In this document: positions 18,290-26,980 of the stretch, in pieces
Position numbering within the stretch: position 1 is the first letter of the stretch
Layout of the letters: the number at the start of each line of letters is the position of its first letter
Assembly: GCA_002796135.1 (NCBI GenBank)
Contig: PCWB01000032.1
Coordinates: 1 to 53,797, forward strand
DNA: 53,797 bases
Direction of reading: 5' to 3'
DNA from: Candidatus Omnitrophica bacterium CG11_big_fil_rev_8_21_14_0_20_41_12
GTDB taxonomy: Bacteria; Omnitrophota; Gorgyraeia; Gygaellales; Profunditerraquicolaceae
The notes under the pieces: generated by a model
What the model saw: the letters and a program-made list of their open reading frames with translations, nothing else
Database searches by the model: none
What the model was told of the DNA's origin: nothing
Made by a program: the position numbers and the translations under genes

Positions 18290-19601
18290 CTCTGAACTCC
18301 CCAACTACAAATAATGAACCGGTAACTAAAATTAAATCAGCCTTGTGCGCCAGACGCTTAGCTAAAAGCTTAGCTTCTTTTACGCTTTGCGTCAAATATA
18401 CTTTTTTCTTAAAATAGAGCGCTAATTTTTTAGGATCCATTGCCCGCAGAGTATCTGCGCGGGTGAGAATAATTTGATCAGCTAAAGGCTCAAGCGACTT
18501 GGAGATCCCCCGGATGTCTTTATCTCTAGATATTCCTAAAACCAAAATTAGTTTATTATATTTAAATTTATTTACCGCTTGCTTTAAAGCATCCGCAGAA
18601 GCCAGATTCTGCGCGCCGTCTAAAACAATCCCGGGTTTTCTGGCAATCACTTCGCATCTACCGGGCCAAGTCGTGTTATAAAGGCCCCGGCGTATTGCCA
18701 CCGGCCCGATATTAAATCCGAAAAAATTCAAAACCTCAACTAAACCCACGGCTAGGGAGGCATTGGCTATTTGATGATCCCCTAATAACCGCAGGCGCAA
18801 ATTTCGATAATCTCTACGCAGGCCTTTAATCGTAAAACCCTGCTTGGTTTTAAAATATTTTATCTGCCTGCCTAGCTCAAAAAGTTTAGCCTTAAATTTT
18901 TTACATCGGTTATGGATAACTTTCCGGGCTTCTTTACTTTGAGCCGCCGAAACTACAACTGCCCCTTTACTTTTTATAATTCCGCATTTTTCTCCGGCGA
19001 TCTTGGTTAATGTTTTACCCAGTTTCTGTACATGCTCAAAACTAATCGGAGCAATCCCGCAGACTAATGAGCCGGTGGCATTAGTTGCATCAAGAGAACC
19101 GCCCATGCCGGTTTCTAAAACTACAAAATCAAGTTTCTTGCGTTTAAAATATAGGAGGGTTAATGCCGTATAAACTTCAAAAAAAGTAAGTCCGTCGATT
19201 TTTGATTGACGATTATATTCATTAATTAACGGCTTTAATTCAACTACCAGCTCAGATAATCCCTTCGCAGAGATCATCCCTTCGAAGTCTTTAGTTGTTT
19301 TCCCGCCACAGGGTTTAAGGATCCTGATTCTTTCTCTGAAATCATGTAAATGGGGAGAAGTATAAAGGCCGACGGTAAAACCTGCTTCTCTTAAGATGTA
19401 AGCAACAAAAGCGCAAGTTGACCCCTTGCCTTTTGTCCCGGCAACATGAATAACGCGCAATGATTTCTGCGGATCGCCGATTAAAAATAAAAAATCCTTG
19501 ATTCGCTTAAGCTTGAGAGCTTCTCGGTAAGAATAGTTTAAATTTGTTTCGTAATTAGGAAAAGAGTTTAGGTATCTTAGAACTTCGGATGGAGAAAGCA
19601 T
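18282..19601 (-). CDS. folC: Folylpolyglutamate synthase / dihydrofolate synthase
   Basis: Mur-ligase P-loop HVAGTKGKGS plus the general FolC layout and length. Confidence 0.88.
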   Translation of the reverse strand: MLSPSEVLRYLNSFPNYETNLNYSYREALKLKRIKDFLFLIGDPQKSLRVIHVAGTKGKGSTCAFVAYILREAGFTVGLYTSPHLHDFRERIRILKPCGGKTTKDFEGMISAKGLSELVVELKPLINEYNRQSKIDGLTFFEVYTALTLLYFKRKKLDFVVLETGMGGSLDATNATGSLVCGIAPISFEHVQKLGKTLTKIAGEKCGIIKSKGAVVVSAAQSKEARKVIHNRCKKFKAKLFELGRQIKYFKTKQGFTIKGLRRDYRNLRLRLLGDHQIANASLAVGLVEVLNFFGFNIGPVAIRRGLYNTTWPGRCEVIARKPGIVLDGAQNLASADALKQAVNKFKYNKLILVLGISRDKDIRGISKSLEPLADQIILTRADTLRAMDPKKLALYFKKKVYLTQSVKEAKLLAKRLAHKADLILVTGSLFVVGEFRDV

Positions 19602-19604
19602 GCA

Positions 19605-21164
19605 TTAATGCTTGAAGTGCCGAATGCCTGTGGTAACCATGGAAATTTTATACTTATTACAAGCGGCGATAATTTCTTGATCGGCGATCGAGCCGCCCGG
19701 CTGGATGATCGCCTTGGCCTTGGCTTTATGCGCCCAGGATATCGCATCAGGTTTAGGGAAAAATGCATCCGAAGCCAGACAACAATTCTTACTTGATTTA
19801 CCGGATTTATTTTTAGCGATCATTACCGAATCTACCCGGGACATCTGTCCGGCTCCGATTCCCACCGTCCGGGTACCGACGGCTAAGACAATCGCATTGG
19901 ATTTTACGTGCTTGGCCACCTTCCAGGAAAAAATCAAACTTTTCCATTCGGCTTTGCTCGGTTTCTTTTTAGTTACTACTTTCAAATTATCTAAATTTAA
20001 GGTTGCTAAATCCTTGCTTTGTAAAAGCGCTCCCCCGCTAACCCGTTTGATCTGTGACTCATCCACCATCTTCAAATCATCCAGCTGAAGAAGCCGCAAA
20101 TTTTTCTTCTCTTTAAATAAAGTAACGGCCTGTTGATCAAAACTGGGAGCAATGATACACTCTAAAAATCCACTCTTGATTATGGCCTGAGCGGTTTTTA
20201 AATCCATTTTTCTGTTTAAGGCTACAATTCCGCCAAACGCCGAAAGCTTATCGGTTTTCCAGGCGCCTAAATATGCCTTGCTCAGATCTTTATCTTCACA
20301 AACACCGCAGGGATTATTATGCTTCACAATTACTGCTGCCGGACCCTGAAACTCTTTTACCAGCTCAGTTGCAGAATTTAAATCAAGAATATTATTAAAA
20401 GAGAGCTCTTTGCCCTGCAGCTGATTTAAATTAATCAGTCCTGCAGATTTTCCTTTTTCTTTATAAAAGGCCGCTTGCTGATGCGGGTTTTCGCCATAAC
20501 GCAAATCCTGGATTTTTTCAAAAGCTAAAATAAGCTCGTCAGGGAAAACCCCGGATGATTTTTTTCGGTCTTCAAAATTACTGCTTAAATAATTATAGAT
20601 TGCCGCATCATACTTGCTCGTATGACTAAAAACTTCAATACCCAGCTGACGCATTAAATCCGTAGATACCGCCCCATTATTTTTCTTTAACTCCGCAATT
20701 ACCTGAATATAACGTTGAGGGTTACAGATCACCGCCACCGATTGACAGTTTTTGGCTGCGCTACGCAACATGGACGGGCCCCCGATATCAATATTCTCAA
20801 TAATCTCCTCGCTACTTACTTGCGGCTTGTTGGCAGTTTTCTCAAAAGGATATAGATTAACCACAACCATATCAATGGGTGCGATTTTATGCTCATCTAA
20901 AACCTGCATATGTTTAGAATTATTACGCAACGCAAGCAGGCCGGCGTGAATCTTAGGATGAAGCGTTTTTACTCTACCGTCGAGTATTTCAGGAAAACCT
21001 GTATATGCAGATACCTCAGTTACGGCGATATTGTTTGCCTTCAGAAGCTGCGCAGTACCTCCGGTAGAAATAATCTCTACTCCGAAATTATTTAGCTCTC
21101 TGGCTAATTCCACAACTCCATTTTTATCTGATACGCTAATTAATGCGCGTTTAATCTTAATCAT
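19605..21164 (-). CDS. purH: Bifunctional AICAR transformylase / IMP cyclohydrolase
   Basis: MGS-like N-terminus (ALISVSDKNGVVELAREL, STGGTA, GRVKTLHPKIHAG) and an AICARFT domain (KHNNPCG, ASDAFFP) ending in RHFKH. Confidence 0.95.
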   Translation of the reverse strand: MIKIKRALISVSDKNGVVELARELNNFGVEIISTGGTAQLLKANNIAVTEVSAYTGFPEILDGRVKTLHPKIHAGLLALRNNSKHMQVLDEHKIAPIDMVVVNLYPFEKTANKPQVSSEEIIENIDIGGPSMLRSAAKNCQSVAVICNPQRYIQVIAELKKNNGAVSTDLMRQLGIEVFSHTSKYDAAIYNYLSSNFEDRKKSSGVFPDELILAFEKIQDLRYGENPHQQAAFYKEKGKSAGLINLNQLQGKELSFNNILDLNSATELVKEFQGPAAVIVKHNNPCGVCEDKDLSKAYLGAWKTDKLSAFGGIVALNRKMDLKTAQAIIKSGFLECIIAPSFDQQAVTLFKEKKNLRLLQLDDLKMVDESQIKRVSGGALLQSKDLATLNLDNLKVVTKKKPSKAEWKSLIFSWKVAKHVKSNAIVLAVGTRTVGIGAGQMSRVDSVMIAKNKSGKSSKNCCLASDAFFPKPDAISWAHKAKAKAIIQPGGSIADQEIIAACNKYKISMVTTGIRHFKH

Positions 21165-21865
21165 TATTTATTAAAGCGGAAATTGACTAAATCCGCATCC
21201 TGCATAATATATTCTTTTTGTTCGAGGCGCATCTTCCCGGCCTGCTTAGCTCCGGTTTCTCCACTGCCGGCAATAAAATCCGTAAAGCTGATAATTTCGG
21301 CGCGGATAAAACCCTGCTGGATATCTGAATGGATTGCTCCTGCTGCCTCCCAGGCACTTGTTCCTTTTTTAATCAGCCAAGCGCGGTTTTCTTTGTCACC
21401 TACGGTAAGAAAACTGATAAACCCACTTTCTACTAAGACTCTGGCTAACAAAGTACCCATATCCCCTAATTCTTCTTTGGTTACCTCAACAACCGGCTTC
21501 AATGTAAATAAACCGTATCCGGAAATAACTACTTTCTCCGCATCAGTTAATCCTATCGTCGAGATAAAATTTTCTTTTTCTAAAGCCGCTTGTATCTTCT
21601 CTAAAATTATTTTTTCTGCTTCAGGCGGGGTTTTACTCAGGCGCGTTTCCACAAACTCCAGATCTCCGAGAATAAGATCCGCCTTAGCATCTTTCAAAAC
21701 AATTATAGCATCAGCATCAAGTGCCGCATCAGCACCAAATAGCTCCACCTGAACATAGGTTTTTTTCTTAGCCTTGGCTAATTTATCTGCCTGATCAAGT
21801 GAATAATTCTTAACGCTGTGTTTGCCTAAAACGATTTCCGGTATGTCGAATACGCTGATCTTCAT
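21164..21865 (-). CDS. YchF-like protein lacking the N-terminal P-loop region (DUF933/TGS-like C-terminus retained)
   Basis: The C-terminus GAIHSDIQQGFIRAEIISFTDF...AKQAGKMRLEQKEYIMQDADLVNFRFN is the YchF C-terminal domain. No GxxxxGKS motif is present. Only 59 nt separate it from the upstream gene. Confidence 0.65.
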   Translation of the reverse strand: MKISVFDIPEIVLGKHSVKNYSLDQADKLAKAKKKTYVQVELFGADAALDADAIIVLKDAKADLILGDLEFVETRLSKTPPEAEKIILEKIQAALEKENFISTIGLTDAEKVVISGYGLFTLKPVVEVTKEELGDMGTLLARVLVESGFISFLTVGDKENRAWLIKKGTSAWEAAGAIHSDIQQGFIRAEIISFTDFIAGSGETGAKQAGKMRLEQKEYIMQDADLVNFRFNK

Positions 21866-21924
21866 AGATTAAATTAAAACTAATTTCCTGGTAGCTAATA
21901 GCAGGTTAGGTGTTAATTAAAAGA

Positions 21925-23112
21925 TTACTCCAGGTAGGTGTAAATCTTACCCTTATAATTACGCAACACATATTTACCCTTGGCCTGGGAAAGAATATAA
22001 TTCGGGCCCACCGGGATCTTCCCGCCACCACCCGGTCCGTCGATAACATAGGTCGGAACAGCATAGCCGGAGGTATGTCCGCGTAATTTCTCAATAATGT
22101 TGATACCGGTGGCTACAGGAGTACGGAAATGCTGAGTACCTCTAACCGGGTCGCACTGATAAATATAATACGGCTTCACTCTTATCTGCAGGAGGTCATG
22201 CATCAGGCGCCTCATAATAAACGGACGGTCATTAATGCCCTTGAGAAGAACTGACTGACTTCCTAAAGGTATACCGCTTTCCGAAAGCATATCGCAGGCA
22301 TTCTTACAACGCTTAGTAATTTCTTTGGGATGATTAAAGTGGATGCTCATCCAAATAGGCGAATATTTTTTGAGCATATTCACCAAGTTCTCGGTAATCC
22401 GCTGCGGCAAGGTTGCCGGAATACGCGTGCCGATCCTCAATAATTCAACATGCGATATGGCACGGATCCTAGAAATCAAAGATTCTAGTGCTTCATCTTC
22501 CAGTGAAAGCGGATCCCCCCCGGAAATCAGGACATCTCTTATTTTACGGTTGGCTTTGATATATTCTATCGCCGCATCAAATTTAGTTTCGGGGTTGGTC
22601 TCTTTTTCTTCATGATCACCTACAAGCCGGCGGCGGGTACAATGCCGGCAATACATCGCACAATGATCTGTAGCTAACAATAAAACTCTATCCGGATATC
22701 GGTGCACTAAATGCGGCGCCGGAGAATCCCGGTCTTCTGCGCAAGGATCAGCCATCTCGTGCGGAGAAATCGTAAATTCCTCACCCACCGGAACAGATTG
22801 CCTTCTTATCGGACAGTTTGGATCATCAGCATCAATTAAAGTTGCCCAATAAGGAGTAATCGCCATGGCTAACCTGCCTTTAGCTTTATCCAGCCCCTTT
22901 TCTTCATCGGCAGTAAGTTCAATAATCTGAGCTAACTCCTCTTTGGTACGGATTCTATGTTTGAGCTGCCAATGCCAATCCTCCCAATCCAGAGGATTAA
23001 CATCTTTAAAAAGAGAGATCTGCTGATAATCACGTGAGCGCTTCGGAGTGCGTACAACAGCCGGCGCTTCAATCTGCACTTTCTGGTTTTCTAAACCTAC
23101 GGGATTATTCAA
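21925..23112 (-). CDS. kamA: Lysine 2,3-aminomutase family radical SAM / PLP enzyme
   Basis: CAMYCRHCTRRR radical-SAM cluster, ISGGDPL, and IYQCD and VIDGPGGGGK (the two Asp positions I recall as lysine-specific). It lacks the C-terminal domain of clostridial KamA. Apparent TTG start. Confidence 0.8.
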   Translation of the reverse strand: MNNPVGLENQKVQIEAPAVVRTPKRSRDYQQISLFKDVNPLDWEDWHWQLKHRIRTKEELAQIIELTADEEKGLDKAKGRLAMAITPYWATLIDADDPNCPIRRQSVPVGEEFTISPHEMADPCAEDRDSPAPHLVHRYPDRVLLLATDHCAMYCRHCTRRRLVGDHEEKETNPETKFDAAIEYIKANRKIRDVLISGGDPLSLEDEALESLISRIRAISHVELLRIGTRIPATLPQRITENLVNMLKKYSPIWMSIHFNHPKEITKRCKNACDMLSESGIPLGSQSVLLKGINDRPFIMRRLMHDLLQIRVKPYYIYQCDPVRGTQHFRTPVATGINIIEKLRGHTSGYAVPTYVIDGPGGGGKIPVGPNYILSQAKGKYVLRNYKGKIYTYLE

Positions 23113-23113
23113 T

Positions 23114-24112
23114 TTAAGCCTTTATCCTTTCTGAGGCACTAAGCAGTATTGCCTCAATAAGATCCTCATATTTCATCCCCGCAGCATAAGCCATTATGGG
23201 AAAATTAGATTCTTTAGGGTCTAATCCGGGCAGCGGGTTAATCTCTAAGACATAAGGTACATTAAATTTATCCAAGCGGATATCCGTGCGCGAAATATCC
23301 AGGCATCCTACGGCCCGATGCGTACGTAAAGCCACATCTTTTATTTTTTCTTCAGTCTCTTTATCCAATCTTGCCGGGCAATAAAACTGCGGAACCAACC
23401 CTAATTCATGATTCCCTTGAAACTCCTTCATCTTCCAGGAATAAAAATACTCTCCGCTTTTCTGGCAGTTAGAAAAATCAATCTCTAAAATCGGCAACAC
23501 GCGGGTTTTACCATTCTCGAGAATACCCACAGTCAGCTCTTTACCCTCGATAAATTCTTCAACCAGGGCCTCCTGCTGATACAGATCAATACATTCCTTG
23601 ATCTTCTTGAAAAGATCCTCCTGATTATCAACCACATTGGTTTTGTTAATGCCCTTGGCTGATCCTTCACAATTAGGTTTGACGATCATGGGAAATTTTA
23701 ACTGCGAATCTAACACCTCATTGCCTTTTACAAAAATTTGAAAATTAGGAGTAGGAATATTCTCGGCTTTAAGTATTTTTTTAGTTAATCCTTTATTTAA
23801 AGCCAGCGCCAAAGAAAAGGTGTCTGAACCGGTATAAGGTATATTTAAATAATCCAGCACCGCCGGAACTTCAGATTCACGGAATCTGCCGTGTTTACCT
23901 TCAGCAATATTAAACACCATATCTACGCTATTTTTTCTAAAATACGAGAACAGGGCCGGATACTCTACGTCGACAGTTTCCACAGAATGGCCTTTAGTTT
24001 TAAGCGCACTGACTACGGAGTTAATCGTTTCCTCAGAATCGTATTCAGAGAAATAGTCCTCTGGTTTCTGCGGATCCTTCTTTTTTAAATTGTAGGTTAA
24101 AGCAACTTTCAT
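23114..24112 (-). CDS. ATP-grasp ligase, D-Ala-D-Ala ligase-like (paralogue 2)
   Basis: PMIVKPNCEGSAKG, EEFIEGKELTVGIL and LEINPLPG. The N-terminus MKVALTYNLKKKD parallels the upstream paralogue. Confidence 0.8.
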   Translation of the reverse strand: MKVALTYNLKKKDPQKPEDYFSEYDSEETINSVVSALKTKGHSVETVDVEYPALFSYFRKNSVDMVFNIAEGKHGRFRESEVPAVLDYLNIPYTGSDTFSLALALNKGLTKKILKAENIPTPNFQIFVKGNEVLDSQLKFPMIVKPNCEGSAKGINKTNVVDNQEDLFKKIKECIDLYQQEALVEEFIEGKELTVGILENGKTRVLPILEIDFSNCQKSGEYFYSWKMKEFQGNHELGLVPQFYCPARLDKETEEKIKDVALRTHRAVGCLDISRTDIRLDKFNVPYVLEINPLPGLDPKESNFPIMAYAAGMKYEDLIEAILLSASERIKA

Positions 24113-25147
24113 TTAATTTTCCCGCCGGTTGGCTACTGTAAGTGCGGAATGATGCTCCGCGGTAAGCCCGTTTCTTTTTAGCGCGGCGTCCAAAATCTTG
24201 CCGATCATCTGTTCATAGGTAATGCCGATATCTTTGGCCACCAACATAAAAACATCCTCGGTAGACAAGGACGGCAGCGGATTAATCTCTAATACATAGG
24301 AGTTGCCGTCATTATCAACCCTAAAATCCACTCTGCCAAAATCACGGCATTCAACACAGCGATAAACCTTTAAAGCCAGATCATCCAATTTCTTCTTCAG
24401 CTCAGCGGATATTTTAGCCGGGCAGATGTACTCTAGCCTGTCAGAAGTAATCCGAGCAAAGGTATAAAATTTATCGTTGAGTTTTAATCTGCCGTCTATC
24501 TTTATCTGCACAACCGGCATAATTTCGGGATTCTCATTGCCTACAATAGCAACCGTGAACTCCTGTCCCGAGATAAATTCCTCAACCAAAGCCGGCTGCT
24601 TGTAAGTTTTGGTAATAAACTCCACTTGCTTTTTAAGCTCGTCGTCATTTTCTACGCGGGAACTTTCACTTAAACCTTTTGATGAACCTTCAAAGCGCGG
24701 CTTGACAATTAAGGGGAACTTACAATGATCGCAATCAATCAGTCCTTCTGCAGAGCTAACTTCAAAAAATTTAGGAGTAGGGATTTTTTCAGCGATAAAG
24801 ATCTTTTTGGCCACAACCTTATCCAAAGTAAGCCCCAAGGTTAAGGCGTCTGCTCCGACAAAAGGAATACCTGCCATTTCAAGTAAGATCGGCACCTGAG
24901 ATTCCCGGTTCCTCCCGGTTAACCCCTCAGAAATATTAAAAACAAGATCAACTCCTAAATTATCAATTTTTTCCAATAAATTATTGGCGTTGCCTATTTT
25001 TTTTACTTTAAAGCCGTTAGCCGCAATCGCCTCAGCAATAACATTGATGGTTGAAGGAGCATCAAACTCCGCATTAGCATCAAGCGGATCCCCCTTCTTA
25101 AATTTATAATCACTTTTTAAATCGTAGGTCAGTCCGACGGTTTTCAT
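24113..25147 (-). CDS. ATP-grasp ligase, D-Ala-D-Ala ligase-like (paralogue 1)
   Basis: PLIVKPRFEGSSKG, EEFISGQEFTVAIV and LEINPLPS. Its stop abuts the start of paralogue 2. Confidence 0.8.
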   Translation of the reverse strand: MKTVGLTYDLKSDYKFKKGDPLDANAEFDAPSTINVIAEAIAANGFKVKKIGNANNLLEKIDNLGVDLVFNISEGLTGRNRESQVPILLEMAGIPFVGADALTLGLTLDKVVAKKIFIAEKIPTPKFFEVSSAEGLIDCDHCKFPLIVKPRFEGSSKGLSESSRVENDDELKKQVEFITKTYKQPALVEEFISGQEFTVAIVGNENPEIMPVVQIKIDGRLKLNDKFYTFARITSDRLEYICPAKISAELKKKLDDLALKVYRCVECRDFGRVDFRVDNDGNSYVLEINPLPSLSTEDVFMLVAKDIGITYEQMIGKILDAALKRNGLTAEHHSALTVANRREN

Positions 25148-25269
25148 AATAAAAAAAGGCTCTGGTTTAATTTCTTATTCCCACGAGCCCTCTAAGGATC
25201 TATCCAATTTTTTCCAACTTTGTTTATAAACCTCCGAATTTTTGCCCAAAATATTGTAGTTATATTATT

Positions 25270-25298
25270 TTTTTACCACAATATATCGGCATTGTCAA
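25270..25298 (-). promoter_or_regulatory. Putative extended -10 sigma70 promoter of the ATP-grasp/kamA operon
   Basis: On the minus strand: TTGACA (25298-25293), 17 nt, TGgTAAAAA (-10 at 25275-25270). Confidence 0.3.
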
Positions 25299-25333
25299 GT
25301 ATTTTCTGTTCCAAAAGCCCTGATTATGCCTTT

Positions 25334-25966
25334 TTATTCACCGTCGATAAAAGCAACTTGCGCGGCTTGAAAATCTTTAATTAATTGCTCAAGACCGGTA
25401 AAGACACAGCCTCGGATGCCCAGCTTCTTGGCACTCTCTACTAAATCCAGGCGGTCATCGGTATAAAATATCTCCTGCGGGCTGACATTTAGCTTACGGA
25501 TCACCTTATGGTAAATTTCCTGGTCAGGTTTGATCAACCCCAGTTGAAAGGAAAGAAAAATTTCGTCGAAAACCCCAAAGACCGGAAAATTCTTCTTCAG
25601 ATATTCATAGTGCAGCGTATTGATATTAGATAACAGCGCTGTTTTATACTTTGCGCGCAAGGTATTAACCAGCTTAAAAACCAAGCGGTTCTTGAGACTT
25701 AAGAAAAATATATCATTCCAGATGGGAATAAATGAAGCATAGCTGAGTTTTAAATCCAGCACCTGCTTTACCTGCTGGTAAAAATCTTCCGGAGAGATCT
25801 TCCCTGCTTCAAAGGCGATTGTAGCGTGTGATTCAAAAAAAAGATTGTAAATTTCAGTGGCAGTTTTTGGGCAAAAAAATGAAATCCTTTCTGCTGCCCG
25901 GCGATGGTCAAAATCTACCAAAACTTTGCCTAAATCAAACAAAACAACTTTAATTGCTCCGGACAC
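25334..25966 (-). CDS. HAD-superfamily hydrolase, subfamily IA (YihX-like)
   Basis: VVLFDLGKVLVDFD motif I, LLSNIN motif II and YTDDRLDLV motif IV. Confidence 0.75.
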   Translation of the reverse strand: MSGAIKVVLFDLGKVLVDFDHRRAAERISFFCPKTATEIYNLFFESHATIAFEAGKISPEDFYQQVKQVLDLKLSYASFIPIWNDIFFLSLKNRLVFKLVNTLRAKYKTALLSNINTLHYEYLKKNFPVFGVFDEIFLSFQLGLIKPDQEIYHKVIRKLNVSPQEIFYTDDRLDLVESAKKLGIRGCVFTGLEQLIKDFQAAQVAFIDGE

Positions 25967-25968
25967 CT

Positions 25969-26964
25969 TTAATTCCCCTTTTCTTTATTTTTCCTAAAAA
26001 GATCCAGAAACTTATCTTCATACTCCTTATATACATTCCAATTATCCAGCTCAACCTTTAATTCATTGGCCTTGGTGATGTCCCGACGGCTTTCTTCGAA
26101 AAGTTTTTCAATCTTTTCTTTTACCGAAGCCGGTAATTTGGTCAGCTGGCTCAAGGTCTTTTTAATCAGTTCAACCTCTTCCTCGCCGATTGGAGAGGTC
26201 TGTCCGGCAGGGCCAAGCTTTAAATATTCAAGCAGCTTATTAATCTCATCCTCCATCTGCTTGGACTGTTCGGCGAGCGGACCTAAATTTATTTGTATAC
26301 CTAAAATTTTCCCTAAGCCCTCAAGCACCGCAGCCGAAGCTTTAGGATTCTCAATCTGAATCGTATAAAGAGGAATATCGCCAAGCAGACAGAACCCTTT
26401 TAAACCGGATTTTTTAGCAATGCCTAAAAATAATCCGTTCATTCCGCTGATCTGGCCGTCTTCCAACAGGCTAAAATTATATTTTTTTAAACTTTCTTTT
26501 GTTTTTTCATCTGTAGCGGCAAACCAAACACGCGCCTCCTGTGTATGGTCAATAGCCTGAGGCATCGATGCAAAACTCACCACTGTTTTTACTCCTAAAC
26601 TTTTGGCCAGCCTGATAATTATTTTTACATAACTATCCGCCTTGGATAAATCCGGTTGGGCATTGCTTAAAAAAATAATCAAATCATGCTTGCCGGCCGA
26701 GCCACGCTTGGCAGCAGGATTCTTCCAATAATAGAATTTTCCCTGAGGAAGCGCCGGCACATCCAATATCCCCTTAGAAATTACGCTGGCGGTTGAATAA
26801 AAAAATCCTTCCGACGCAAGACTGGAAAATTCTACAGCTTTTAATTCGTCGATTAAATAATTTGCCGCCTTAAACGCCACCTCTCCCATTCCCGGCCAGG
26901 CAACAACAAGATAGGGCTGCTTAAGAATGACTTTTTTAGAAATATTCAAAGAATCCATTTTCAC
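25969..26964 (-). CDS. PAC2 (proteasome assembly chaperone 2-like, COG1938) family protein with a C-terminal coiled-coil tail
   Basis: PYLVVAWPGMGEVAFKAANYLIDEL resembles the PAC2 N-terminal motif. Length and the GMNGLFLG segment are consistent. Recognition is by memory only. Confidence 0.5.
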   Translation of the reverse strand: MKMDSLNISKKVILKQPYLVVAWPGMGEVAFKAANYLIDELKAVEFSSLASEGFFYSTASVISKGILDVPALPQGKFYYWKNPAAKRGSAGKHDLIIFLSNAQPDLSKADSYVKIIIRLAKSLGVKTVVSFASMPQAIDHTQEARVWFAATDEKTKESLKKYNFSLLEDGQISGMNGLFLGIAKKSGLKGFCLLGDIPLYTIQIENPKASAAVLEGLGKILGIQINLGPLAEQSKQMEDEINKLLEYLKLGPAGQTSPIGEEEVELIKKTLSQLTKLPASVKEKIEKLFEESRRDITKANELKVELDNWNVYKEYEDKFLDLFRKNKEKGN

Positions 26965-26980
26965 ACCTCATTTTTTTAGG

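Noticed and set aside
21183-21752. 189-aa ORF on the plus strand, antisense to the YchF-like gene
   Set aside because: Its composition is low-complexity and Ser/Ala/Pro/Ile-rich, it has no motifs and no RBS. It lies entirely within a minus-strand gene that has clear homology, so it is a typical shadow ORF. The same reasoning applies to the antisense ORFs at 9842-10258, 3081-3407, 45646-46080, 46527-46982 and 14943-15353.
25148-25333. Lysine (L-box) riboswitch upstream of the kamA-containing operon
   Set aside because: The idea is attractive biologically. However, the transcribed leader after the putative promoter is only about 120 nt, and I could not recognise the conserved L-box helices or core motifs. 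I kept it only as a generic leader-structure observation.
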